This document shows positions 1 to 12,500 of a stretch of DNA of 64,000 nt, piece after piece. The DNA is from Thecamonas trahens ATCC 50062 (taxonomy: Eukaryota; Protista; Apusomonadida). A model generated the notes under the pieces. The model ran no database searches and was not told the origin of the DNA. It saw only the letters and a program-made list of their open reading frames with translations. The position numbers and the translations under genes were made by a program. Every line of letters begins with the position of its first letter. Position 1 is the stretch's first letter. Location of the stretch: the NCBI RefSeq assembly GCF_000142905.1, contig NW_013657616.1, forward strand, positions 131,174 through 195,173, read 5' to 3'.

Positions 1-671
1 GACGCCACTCCGCGGAGGAGGCGGACCCTCTCGGCGTGGCTCAGCACCACCTCCGAGTAGAACAGCAGCGTCCTCAGATCGGTGTGGAGGAGTTCGAGGA
101 CAATGGCCGGCGGTGAGATGGAGACTGCCAGCAGCGTCACTGTGTTGGGGTGTGCCAGCTGCGACAAGACCTTGACCTCCTCCACCAGAGCCTGCCGGAC
201 CCGCATCAGCTCGGTCGCCTCGCTCTCGTCGAGCGTCTCAGCCTCTTTCTCCGTCATGTCTTGGGTCACAGCCGTAGATGTGACTGTTTTGTTGCCGCTC
301 TGCCCATCGTCGGCATCGTCTTGGCTCTGCCCATCATGATCATGCTCGGGAGGATGATTATCAGCAACAGCATCAGCATGCTCAGGATGATGCTGATGAC
401 GACCGTGCTGCCGCCTGTGCAAGCGAAGTCGCTTGACGGCAACAGGCGTGCCCGCCCATACGCCGCGAAAAACATCGGCAAAGGCGCCCGAGCCGATGGT
501 CTCGACAATCCTCAGCTCGTCCCAAGAGATGTCGTGCGCTCGGCGAACTGAGGCCGTGTCGTCCGACGACATGCCCCCGCCGCCGGCCCCTTCCCACACA
601 TCCTCCTCGCTTCCTCGCCTTTGTCCAGCCATCGGCACGCCACTCATAGTTTCTGTAGAAAACGTTGACAT
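1..671 (-). CDS. TKL-group protein kinase, N-lobe (runs off the window's left edge; 5' end uncertain, frame open to ~800)
   Basis: Manual minus-strand translation (not in the ORF track because there is no stop in the window): ISWDELRIVETIGSGAFADVFRGVWAGTPVAVKRL ... EEVKVLSQLAHPNTVTLLAVSISPPAIVLELLHTDL, i.e. Gly-loop, VAVK lysine, alphaC Glu and HPN motif. Confidence 0.9.
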   Translation of the reverse strand, partial: MSTFSTETMSGVPMAGQRRGSEEDVWEGAGGGGMSSDDTASVRRAHDISWDELRIVETIGSGAFADVFRGVWAGTPVAVKRLRLHRRQHGRHQHHPEHADAVADNHPPEHDHDGQSQDDADDGQSGNKTVTSTAVTQDMTEKEAETLDESEATELMRVRQALVEEVKVLSQLAHPNTVTLLAVSISPPAIVLELLHTDLRTLLFYSEVVLSHAERVRLLRGVA

Positions 672-780
672 GATTCCCTCTGTAGAGTTTGATGTCTCTA
701 GCAAGACGTATCCGACCGCTGGAGCCTCCACACTGCCGGGCCTCTGCACGTCGAGTGCGACTCTCCGCGTCGCCAACCCC

Positions 781-1060
781 AACGATAACCACGGGAACGA
801 TTAACACGATAAATCCCAATGATCTCAACGATTAACCACGACAACGATGAATCCCAATGATCTCAACGATTAGCCACGACAACGATGAATCCCAATGATC
901 TCAACGATTAACCACGACAACGATGAATCCCAATGATCTCAACGATTAACCACGACAACGATAAATCCCAATGATCTCAACGATTAGCCACGACAACGAT
1001 GAATCCCAATGATCTCAACGATTAACCACGACAACGATAAATCCCAATGAACTCAACGAT
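781..1060. repeat. 38-nt minisatellite AACGATTAACCACGACAACGATRAATCCCAATGATCTC
   Basis: Six copies starting at 827, 865, 903, 941, 979 and 1017, plus degenerate flanks. Confidence 0.95.
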
Positions 1061-1172
1061 TCGATTCGAGCGATTCTTTCTTCTCTTGCACAGCTACGGC
1101 GCAGCCGACACCTCTCCCCTCCCCCCTCCCCCCCCCCCCCCCCCCTCCCGCCCATCATCCCCAACGTATATC

Positions 1173-3343
1173 ATGTTCAAAGGCCTCCTCAAAGCAAGTG
1201 GCGGTGGAGATGGCGGCGGAATAGCGGCGACCATGGAGGCGCACGCGACAGCTGAGCGATGGCCCGGACGGCCAAACATGTAGTGAAGCGAGGACACAGT
1301 GTTCGCAAGGCCATGACCAAGCTACGCAAGGCCATCACTGCGCATGCATCTGCTCTATCTGCTGCTGCTCGGCTTGATACAGATCTCATCAATGTCATCA
1401 CCATCGCCATGGACTCGGCTCAGTCTCTCCGCCTCGATTCGGCTGCTCGGGCTCTCACTCCTGCTCCTCCCCGTCCTCCTCCGCCCAGCGATCAGTTCGA
1501 TGCTGATGATCAAGAGAGCCAGCATGAGGCTTATGACGCGACTCGGGCAACTCGCTCGACCGACTCGCAGGGAAGACTGCTTGACGATGTCAATGCTGGT
1601 CTCGCTCACATCGCGGCGGTGCTCGATGATGCGAGCGCGAGAAAGACGTCTGAGGCGCAGGTCTTTGCAACCGCCCTGGTGGGACGGGTCGAGTCGCTGC
1701 TGACAGCTCTGGACGAGGCACAGGTTCGCCACAAAGCTCTGCTTGACGATCGATACAAGGCGCTCAACTCGCGAGTCGTCTCGTTTGTCAAGGAGGCGAC
1801 CAAGGCGAGGAAGCGACTCGCCCGGTTTGTGCGCAAGTACGGTTCGGATCCGGAGGAGCTCAACACTCGCCGTGTTGCGTACGAAGATCTGGTTGTTGAC
1901 ACCATCCACACCGAGCAGAACATGTTGTATGCCGCCAAGCAGGCACAGGAGTTTGCTGCCAAGCTCCTGCGCTCCGCCATTGTTGCCATTCGCTCGATCT
2001 TTACCGGCTTTGTCGACGGCCTCCACGCCTACCTCGTCACCGTTCGTGGCGTCCATCTTGCTTCGGCCGAGGCCCTCGCCCGCTCTTTCCCCGAGTGGGA
2101 GTACCTAACGCTTGCTGCCCACGTCCTCCCGCCTTCGGCTGAAGCCGCCATCTCCGATCCGGTCTCCACCGCCCAGCTCTTGCCGAGCGGGCTCGACACC
2201 CTTGTCGAAGCCGCCTTCCCAGGTGTCCTCATTGAGCCAAGCTCACTCTCTACCCAGGCTGCACTCTCGACTGCCGAGGCCGAGATCGACGCTACTGACG
2301 ATGTCGACGCCGAGGCCGAGGCCGAGGCCGGCGCCACCGACGATGTCGACGAGACCTGGGACTCGACTACGTCTGCGCTGGCCGAGCCGGTCGAGGATTT
2401 GCTCGAGGGCGCCGCGCTACCGGACCTTGGCCCGGCCAGCGCCTCGTCGACCGATCGCATCCTTCATCTCCCGCTCTTCCAGCCCGTCACCATGCTGTAT
2501 GACTACACAGCCATGACCGCCGATGAGCTCTCGTTCGCAGCCGGCGAGATCCTCATGTGGAACGGCGCCGAGTCGTCTGGCTGGGGCTATGCCATGCGCC
2601 CGGCAACTGCTGCAGAGGGCTTCTTTCCGCTCAACTACGCAGACTCGGCCGCCCTTCGCGCGCTGCCCACACCTCCGCCCATGCCCGCTTCTCGCCAGGC
2701 CTTTCCAGCCCATCCACAAGTTTTTATCTTTCCCGACCACGATGCCGACCGCGATGCCGACCGCGCCGGCCCGTCGGCATCGACGGCATCGACCACGCCG
2801 GCTGCCAGCGGCGGCGCCACCCCGCCGCCGCTGTACTCGGCCATGTTTCCCAGCGGCCCACGTGGCTCGGCCGCCGCCGCCTCGCTGCCGCCGCTTGAGA
2901 TCCCGCAGGGCATGGCGGTTGCTGAAGGTGTGCCGAGCACCCCGCCGGTCCTCAACACCCGTGCAGAACTCCTCCGCGACATCCGCGCCCAGCGTCTCGG
3001 CCGTGTTGTCCTCCGCGCGCCGGCTGAGCCTGCCGATGAGGCCGCCAGCGTCGAAGACGTCACGCCTGACACCATTGCTGCACCGACCCGCGGCGATCTT
3101 CTTGCACAGATCCGCAACGGGGCTGCTCTCCGCCGCACTCATGCTCCGGCAAGGGTAGCCGCTTCGTCATCAACAACATCCTCCCTCTTGCAAGACCTTC
3201 GCGTCGCTGCTCGGGATCGCCGCCGCGAGGCTATTACTCGGCAACTGCAAGATCATGTCGGCGCCTCATCAAGCAGGCATTACGACTATCTGCAGCGTAA
3301 CAGCCTTCCGTCGTGGTCGTCATCTGATGACGAGTCGTGGTAG
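1173..3343 (+). CDS. BAR/IMD-like helical domain + SH3 + tandem WH2 + C/acidic (VCA-like) actin regulator
   Basis: ORF 1259-3343: helical N-terminus; SH3 (LYDYTAMTADELSF...SGWGY...GFFPLNY); Pro-rich linker; WH2-like RAELLRDIR and RGDLLAQIRNGAALRRT; C-terminal SSSDDESW. The ATG at 1173 (MFKGLLK) would join only through a -1 break near 1256; otherwise the start is 1259. Confidence 0.75.
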
Positions 3344-3961
3344 GTTTCACCGGCCACCCGTCCCCCCGCTTGTAAGAGTTGCCCCTACCCTGACAGTCCG
3401 ATCATGACGCTACAACCTGATCTCCCGTGCATCATCACCTCACCGACCAGCCACTCGCACATGCGCGCGCACGGCACACGTGCACGCGATGCAAACCTCA
3501 ACAAACCACTCTCGCCGGTACCTCTCTCGCTCGCTCAGGCGCCAGAAAAAGTACGCAAAGGTGCCTGACATGGATGACTGACAACCAACCATCAATTAAC
3601 CCATACATATCATCAATGTCGTCCGGCCGCACATGCGAGTTTCTTGCCCCCCGCCCACCTGCTGCTCGCACAGGCGAGACAAGGAGACTTCCTCGCTCGC
3701 TCCCTCCCTCCCTCGCTCCCTCCCTCCCTCCCTCGCTCGCTCGCTCCCTCCTTCCCTCCCTCCTTTCCTCCTTCTTCCTCTCCCCATCCTCCTTCTATCG
3801 ATGGTGGAGGTGACTCGGCGAAAAAGGATGGCGATTCTCGGCGACACGCACGCGCTTCACAGCCCCCCCCCCCCGCCCCCCCCTCCTCCCGCCCTCCTTA
3901 CCCTCCTCACCCTCCTAACCCTCCTACCCCCCCCCCCCCCTACCGTGTAGACTAGGTCGAC

Positions 3962-6900
3962 ATGTCGTCCATAGGCGAGGTTAGCCGGAGCACTACGATT
4001 CCTAAGAGGTCTTGGCTCGGCAAGCGGAGCCACCAGACCAAGGTCTTGCTGCGGAAGAATGCCATTCTCGCCAAGCGCAACTGGAAGTCGACGCTCTCGT
4101 TTGTCATCATTCCGTCTGCAATCATGATTCTGCTCTTCCTCCTCTCGCTCATCGTCAAGACGCACTCGGATTTGACCAAGAACGTTCCCAATCCGCCGTC
4201 AAAGGCCATTTCCACTCAGCTCCCGCCGTGCAAGATCGGCGAGGGCAAGTCACATTGCTACACCTTTATCTATAACTACGCTACCGTGCCTGTGGTGGCG
4301 AGAATGATGGAAAAGGTGAGGCTCGCGGCGGGCGTGCCGGCGGCGAATGTGCATGGTATCCCAGGCGGCGATCTGGAGACGCTCAACAAGTTTATGTACG
4401 ACGAGTACAACGTGACCCAGGCCGCGTACGTGTTCAACTTTGACAACGCCACCCACTCTGATAGCCTTCCGAAGTCGGGCAACATCTACACGCTTGCCAT
4501 CAACGAGACGCTCTTCTCAGACTGCGACAACGACCTCAAGTTCTACGAGTGCGCCAGGTCGGCCGCGACATTGCCGTGCCCATGATGATGCTCCTCGACG
4601 AGGCCATTCTCGGCGAGGTGTCCGGCCGCCAGGGCGGCCCGGCGGCCTCGATTGTTGCCGCCATCACCGAGTTTGCCCACCCGGTCATCTTCAACTTTAA
4701 CGTCAAGTCCTCGAGCGCCGGCCTCTTCCTCATGTTTGCCACCATGTTCCCGCTCGTCCTCATGCTCATGCAGGTTGTGGCCGAGAAAGAGGCCAAGCTC
4801 AAGTTCTCCATGTCGCTCATCGGCGTCACCGGCGCCGCGTATTGGACCTCGTGGTGGGTCACCTTCCTCGCCATGTTCTTCACCGCAGACCTGCTCCTCA
4901 TTGCCGTCTGCTACATCTTTGACTTTGGCATTGTAACCAAGTCGGCCTTTGGCATCACCTTTTTCCTCGTTGTCCTCTTCTCGCTCTCGATGATCTCCAC
5001 CGGCTTCTTCTTCTCGACCCTTTTCCGCAACGTCAAGTCTGCCCGCATGATGGCCCTCTTCTACCTGTTCCTCTTTGGCCTCTTCTCCTCCATCGGCCAG
5101 TTTGTGTATGGCGACGGCACCTCGGTCTCGTCCTTCTGGCGCTACCTCCTCGCCCTCTTTCCGCCGGTCATCTTCAACAAGTCGCTCGTTGACCTCACCA
5201 ACGCCTCGTCCGGCCAGTCGGTTGTTGTCGGTGTCACCTGGGCCCAGCGCTCCAACTACACCGAGATCTTCCCCTTTACGCAGGTCTTCAACTGGCTCGT
5301 CTTTGACACGATTGTGTACTTTGTCCTCGCGTGGTACCTCGACATTGTCCTGCCCAATGCCATGGGTGTCCGCCGCTCGCCGTTCTACCCGTTCTCACCA
5401 CGCTATTGGGGCTTTGGCTCTTCGGCGTCGCCCAAGCCGCGGCCCGGCGCCGCCTGCGAGCTCCCGCAGGCTGACGGCTACGTCGGCGGCGACGCCGGCG
5501 TCGACGACCCGGACGTCCAGGCCGAGGCCGCCCGCGTCCGTCTCAACCAGTTCCACGAGGAGCCGGCGCTTGTCATCCACAACCTGCGCAAGGTATTTGG
5601 CTCGTTTGTGGCCGTCGACAACCTCTCCATCTCCATCGCCCGTAACTCGGTCCTCGGCCTGCTTGGCGCGAACGGCGCCGGCAAGTCGACCACCATCAAC
5701 ATGCTCACCGGTGGCGTCGAGCCCTCGTCCGGCTATGCCGTCCTCAACCTCGCTTCTGACGGAAACACGCCCGGCCGCTCACTCACTACCCTCACCGACC
5801 GCGATGCCATCCGTGACCACCTCGCCGTCGTCCCGCAGTTTGACGTCCTTTGGGACGACCTCTCTGGCGAGGAGAACCTCGCTGTCTTTGCCGGCCTCAA
5901 GGGTCTCGCCGGAGCTGACCTCGGCTACGAGGTTCGCACCCGCCTCGATGAGGTCGATCTCCAGGGCGACCGCACCGGCCTCGCTTCTTCGTACTCGGGC
6001 GGCATGCGTCGCCGCCTCTCGGTCGCCATGGGCCTCACCTGCGATCCGGCCATTGTCCTCCTCGACGAGCCGACGACGGGCATGGACCCGGTCTCGCGTC
6101 GCAAGGTCTGGGACGTCATCGAGCGCGCCAAGAAGCGGCCCAATCGTGCTCTCACTCTCACTACCCACTCGATGGAGGAGGCCGACGTCCTCTCCGACCG
6201 CATCGCCATCATGGCCAACGGCCGCATTCGCTGCATCGGCACCTCGCTTCACCTCAAGCGCAAGTTTGGCACCGGCTACCGCGTCCAGGTCGTTGCTGCT
6301 CCCGAGCACATTACCGACGTCTGGGCTGCCTTCCTCCAGCGCTTCCCGCACTACCCTGTCGTCGACACCACGCCCATGCACTTTACCGTCGAAGTCGCGT
6401 CGACCCAGGTACCCGAGCTTCCAGGCGTCTTTGAGTACCTCCAGTCTGCGGCAAACATCAAGGACTTCCACGTCTCACTCACCACTCTTGAGGACGTCTT
6501 CCTCCGCGTTGCTGAGGATGCCCAAGGCGAGGAGTTTACCACCGTCTCGGGCGAGGCGCCGCTCGAGGACCCTGCCGCCGCCTCTTCCGTCAATCACGAC
6601 ATCCCGGTTGCCCAGCCGGTTGGCGAGCAGGCACCAGGCTCGGGTTCGGGCCCGGCCTCTGCCGCAGACACGCCGCGCTCCGACACGACTGCGCCCTCGC
6701 CGCCGCCACCGCCACCCGCCGCCACCGGCCGCCTCAAGCCGCGCTACGGCCTGCAGGTCAAGGCCCTCCTCGCCAAGTCGTACCACCTGCAGAAGCGGCG
6801 CAAGGTGACCAACTGCTGCCAGATCTGCTGCCCCTCGTTCATCGTCTTTATCCTCATTATGGTGCAGCTCTTTGTCATCTCCTCGCTCAACCGCACCGTG

Positions 6901-9326
6901 CAGGCCTCGCCGAACCCGACGCCCGCGCCCATGAACTGGCTCTTCTTCCCCAACGACGACTTTCCCAACCAGCTTGGCTGGTCCGTGCCGGCCTCGCCTT
7001 CGCCCGCCGAGCTCGCCGTCGGAAACAGCTTGTACATGGCGCCTTACACCAATCCACCGCTCGAAGAGCTATCCACCAACATCTCGTTTGTCAAGACTCA
7101 GTTCAGCTCGCTCGCCGCAATGCAGTCGACGCTCTACGCCGCGCACTTTGGCGGCGGCGGTTGGGCCGGCGGCTTTGACATTCTCTCGGCTACGGACAAC
7201 GCGTTCTCGGTCAACCTCCTGTTCAACCGGACCAAGGCCAAGTTCTACGACTCGCTGCCGGCGCTCTTTGCCTCGGCCTCCACCGCTTTTTCGCAACTCG
7301 CCCTCAACGCCTCGGCGCCGTACGAGCACTCGTACGTCAAGCTCCCGGTTCGCGAGCACGAGGTCAAGATTGACATTGTCTCGTTCCTCGCCGCCATCCT
7401 CTTTCCGCTCATTCTCTTCTTCCAGTTCCCGCTTGTGGTCGGCTCCATCATGCACGACAAGGAGCACAAGCTCATTGAGATCCTCAAGATGCAGGGCATG
7501 AAGATGTCGGTTTACTGGCTCGTCAACTTTGTCTTTTCGTTCATCCTCTACATCGGCGTCCTTGTTGTGCTCTTTGCCCTTGGCTTTGTCTTCCGCTTTG
7601 ACTTTTTCATCCGCAACTCGTTCCCCACCTACTTCATCCTCTTCCTCCTCTGGGGCGCCACCATGATTGCGCTTGCCTTTGTCTTCACCACCCTCTTTGG
7701 CCGCGAGTTTATCGCCACCGTCGTCTCGTACCTCGTCGTCATTGTCTCGTGGATCTCGGGCTCCATCCTTGTCGGCCAGGTCGAGGGCAACGGCGCGCAG
7801 AGCTTCTTCTTCTCGCTCTACCCGTTCTTTGCCTTTCAGCGCGGCGTCGGCTACCTCGCCGCCGCCGCCACCGCAGGCTCGGAAGGCCTCACGCTTGCTA
7901 CGGTCAACTCGGGCGACGCCTACCTCGGCAACATCTACGGCTACCTCGCCGTCGAGCTTGTCGCCCTCCTCCTCCTTGCTTACTACCTCGACCAGGTTGT
8001 GCCGGCAGGCTTTGGCGTTACCAAGTCGCCCATCTTTTGCCTCAAGCCCTCGTACTGGCGCGGCTCCAAGGCGGGTTCGGACGCCGACGAGGAGCGCGCC
8101 CTCATGTCTGGCCCGCTTCTCCAGGACAAGTATCCCATCGAAGACGAGGACGAAGACGTCGCGGCCGAGCGGCGCTACATCCTCGACCCGAGGCACGCCG
8201 GGACCAACGCCATTGCCATGCGCCACCTCCGTAAGGTCTACGACGGCGGCAAGGTCGCCGTTCGCAACGCCACCTTTGGCATCCGCCGCGGCGAGTGCTT
8301 TGGCCTTCTCGGCCACAACGGCGCCGGCAAGACCACCATCGCCTCGATGCTTTCTGGCCTCATCGAGCCGAGCTACGGCGACGCCCTCGTCGCTGGGTAC
8401 TCGATCCGCGAGTCGATGGACGAGATCTATGGCGTCCTCGGCGTCTGTCCGCAGCACGACATCCTCTGGCCGACCATGACCGCCGAGGAGCACCTCTACC
8501 TCTACGGCCGCCTCAAGCGCATGACGGGTGCCGAGCTTAAGCGTGCTGTCGCCCGCACTCTCGACGAGCTCCACCTGACGTACGTCCGCAAGCGCCTCGT
8601 TGGCCGCTTCTCGGGCGGCATGAAGCGGCGCCTTTCCATCGGCATCGCGCTCATCGGCTCGCCGCAGGTCGTCTTCCTCGACGAGCCCACCACTGGCCTC
8701 GACCCAAGAACCGCCGCGAGGTGTGGAACATCATCTCCCGCGCCTGCCGCTCCGGGAATGCCTCGGTCGTCCTCACCTCCCACTCGCTCGAAGAGGCCGA
8801 GGCCCTCTGCTCCCGCATTGGCATCATGGCCTCAGGCGCCCTCGAGTGTGTCGGTTCGTCCGGCCACCTCAAGGCCAAGTTTGCCGCAGGCTATCGCCTC
8901 TCGCTCTCAATGCACCCCGACCACATTGACGCCGCGCCCGCCGCCGTCGCCGCTATCCTCGACCTCCTCCCGCGCGCCTCGCACATGCCGCACTCGCTCG
9001 GGCCCAACCAGCACTTCCACGTCCCCGAGGGCTCATTTGACCTCGCAGAGCTCTTCACTACCATGGAGGCTCGCAAGGACGGGCTCCACGTCGCAGAGTG
9101 GAACATCGCCCAGACCACCCTTGAAGACGTCTTTATCCGCATCGCAGAGGCCGGCTCGGCAAAGGACGCCCTCGCTCGTTCGCTCACCGACTCGACCATC
9201 TTTGCCTCAAGCACCGCCTCGCCGCCCCGTCCCGGCGCCCACGACGCCTACATCCCACCGGTGGCCATCCCCTCGCGCGTCGTCGACGACGACGACTACG
9301 AGTACGACGATGAGCCTGACCGGTGA
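3962..9326 (+). CDS. ABCA-subfamily full-size ABC transporter (two apparent frameshifts, ~4555 and ~8705)
   Basis: TMD-NBD-TMD-NBD layout; Walker A GANGAGKS and GHNGAGKT; signature YSGGMRRRLS and FSGGMKRRLS; LDEPTTG twice; THSMEEA and SHSLEEA. Pieces 3962-4585, 4549-~8705 and 8721-9326 join by one-base insertions (DPKNRREVWNII restored). Confidence 0.95.
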
Positions 9327-9520
9327 GCCTTGCCACTGAAAACCATTGAAGCCACACAAGCTATATACCGGTGTTCCGCTGCCCGGTCAATCCCGTAAAC
9401 CCCCCCCGCCCCCCGCCCCCCCCCCCCCCCCCCCACCTGCCACACACCACTCCCACACACCACTCCCACACACCACTCCCACACAACCCCCGCACCTCCC
9501 CTAACCCCCCTCTCTCTCCC

Positions 9521-12500
9521 ATGGCGTCAACGCTCACGCTCACTGCTCTAACCTTGCTCGGAATCCTACTCCTCACCCTCCCTTCCACTACGTTTTCCAG
9601 CCGGCCATGTGCCAGCGCAAATCCGGCAGGTCGTCGACTTGGTTTTCGTGCTGGCGGTGATGCCACTGTTTCATTGGCTTCTGATGTGGTCATTGGTGAC
9701 ATTGATGGTGATGGTGTGAATGATATTGTGAGTTCGGCGCCAGGTGGTGGAAGCGATGTCTTCTGGTTCAACTCGGTGGTGGCTAAGGGTCCTTCAAAGG
9801 CTCCTCAACTCGTGGCATCGTCCATGTTCAACCTTCAAACCATGGCCGTGGCTGATATGAATGCTGATAATCGTCTCGATGTCGTCATTTTTCGCATGTC
9901 TCATGTCGTTGTCGTCCTCCAAGACTCTCTCTCGCCCGTCTCGTGGCTCACGCCTGTGACTTACTCGGCCAGTGCTGTGCAGTTTGGTGAAATGGGCGAC
10001 CTCTCTGGCGATGGCCATGCGGACGTCGTCGCTGCTACTAGCGGAGGCCATTTTGCCTGGTGGTCAAACAACGGCTCCGGCGTTCTCACGAGCAAGCCGG
10101 CCATTGCTGCTGGACTAGGCCTGCGCAGACTTGTCATTGTCGACATTGATAGTGATAATGATGCTGACCTTCTGGCGGCGGACTACTCTGGCTCGGCCGT
10201 TGTTCTCGCCACCAACGATGCGGGTGACGGCTCCAGCTGGACGGTGAGCACAGTGTCTGTGACTAGTGGCGTGTGGGCGGTGGTGGTGGGCGACTTTAAC
10301 GCTGACTCTCTCCTCGATGTTGCCCATGTGTCTTCAACAACTTCCGGGCTTGGTTGGGCGATGGCGACTACGCCGGGAGTCTTCGGGCCCAAGCAGTCGG
10401 TGCCTGGGCCGTCTCAAGGGAAGGATGTTGCCGCTACTGACGCCGATGCCGATGGCGACATTGATCTTGTTGTCGCCGCTGTCTCCAAACTCGTTGTGTA
10501 CCTCAACACGGGCTCTGGCGCCTCGTTCTCGCCCGTTGAGTTATACTCGAACATCGATGACGGCCAGTTCTTGGGTGTGTTTGGCGTCGAGGTTGCCGAC
10601 GTCGATGGTGACGGCCTGTTCGATTGGATTCTTTCAGCCAATAATTCTGGGCGGGTGTTTTGGTTCTCAGCAGCGGCAACGCAGTCGGCCATGCTCTACC
10701 CGTTTGACGTCGGTACGCAGCTCGTCTCGCCGGCAGTGGCCAATGTACTGACGGTCGCCGCCGGCGACATTGATAATGACGGGTGGGAGGACGTTGTGTC
10801 GCAGCAGAGCACGGGAGTCGTGAACGTGTATCGCAACCAGGGCGGCACCGGCTCGTTTGCCAACGGTATCACGGTCATGACAATACCAGACCCGATTGCT
10901 GGCGGACTGGTACTCGCCGACCTTGATCAAGACGGGGAGCTTGATATGGTGGCCGCTTCAGCCCCCGGGAGTGGTGGGTCGATCATGGGTTGCTGGAGCC
11001 TCCCGGTGTCACTTTCCTGCGTCTTTCCCTTTTCAGTCTCTCTTGTCGACCTGCCGCGCTGGATCGAGGTGAGTGATGTCGACGCGGATGGCTTTCTTGA
11101 TGTTTTGTGGAGTGACGTCAACGGCGTGCACTGGGTCCAGAATGTGGGAAAGGAGGAAGCATGGAATAACTTTCATTTAGTTACTGCAACTGGAACAACC
11201 GCGACCAATGCCGTGGGCGACATTGACGCCGACGGCGACGTCGACGTGGCGGTTGTCTCGGGAAACGACGTGGTAGTTCTCGGCAACACCGGCAACGGCA
11301 CGTTTGCAGTGGTCGACACCGCAGTTCCGCCGCCGCCGCTGTCTACGCTCGCCGCCAATGCATTGATGATCGCCGACCTCAACGTCGACGGACTCGGTGA
11401 CATTGTGGGGTGCGGCAGCGGGGGAAATCGCTATGTCTTTGCAGCAGTGCAGATCGCGCCAGGCGTTTTCGGCCCGATCTTTGGTCTGGCGACTGTTGTG
11501 GACTTTCCCGGTGTGGGCACAGACCTTATTGTCACAGACCTCAACAGCGACTCTGTGCCAGACCTGGTTGTGGCGACGTCCAACTTGCTCTTTGCCCACG
11601 TCAACATGTACGGCGACCCGACAGGGACTTGGAGCTCGCAGCAGCTGCGCGAGACCGACCCGCAAGCGGTTTACCATGTGGTCAACCTCGACGCAGATGG
11701 CGTCGGTCTTCGCGACATTGCTTACTCGCGCTATAATGAGGTTCGCGTGGCACGGGGCCGCGAGTTTGATCGTTTTACGACCGCTCTGCGGCCGGCGAGC
11801 TTGCGGCCCATACCAGAGATGTTCCCGACATGCTCGACGCAGCTGCGTGGCGGCCGACGTTCAGTCGAGTGCTTGGCAGCGATGTCAACTGCCGGAGCTT
11901 GCGCGAGCCAGGAAGTTGTGTTTCCGGCGGCGACGTACACCAGCTGCCCGACGGCAAACCTTCAGTTGTGGAAGTCGGCCACGGTGAACGCCACAGGCGT
12001 AGTGATCGATTGCGACCACCGCAATGGGGGGCGTTCCGCATTGGCACCAATGTCTCGGTCTCGTTTGCTGGCCTCTCTGCCATCAACTCGACAGGAACTA
12101 CGATGCTCATGGTCGAAGGCGAGGGTGCAGAGCTGGTCTTGACTCACTGCCACTTTGCGACTTTGGGCTCGACATTGTCCAATGGGGCTGTGGTGTCTGT
12201 GACTTCCGGCGGAGTGCTGGTGATGACGGACTCGACGGCGGTTGACAACCTTGCGACCATTGGTGGTGCGGTGTTCGTGGTGAGTGGGACACTTCGTTTG
12301 GAGCGAGTCCACTTTTCGCTCAACCGCGCCACCATGGGTGGTGGCTCTGTTTACTCGCGAGATTCATCGTCTATCATCATTGGGTGCACGTTTGAGAACG
12401 GGTCGACGTTCTCGTTCAGCAGCTTTGGCGGTGGCATCGCTTTCGAGGGCGGAACAGCTCTTATTGCGAATTCCAAGTTTGCCAGGCTGGCATCAGGCAA

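Noticed and set aside
781-1060. CRISPR or iteron array
   Set aside because: Head-to-tail 38-nt units with no spacers.
8690-8730. Tiny introns as the explanation for the frameshifts
   Set aside because: Conserved motifs are restored by adding a base, not by removing sequence, and no GTAYGT donors lie at the sites.
3962-9326. Pseudogene status for the frameshifted ABCA, receptor and cathepsin genes
   Set aside because: Catalytic motifs and codon bias are intact and there are no in-frame stops; single-base homopolymer deficits fit sequencing error better.
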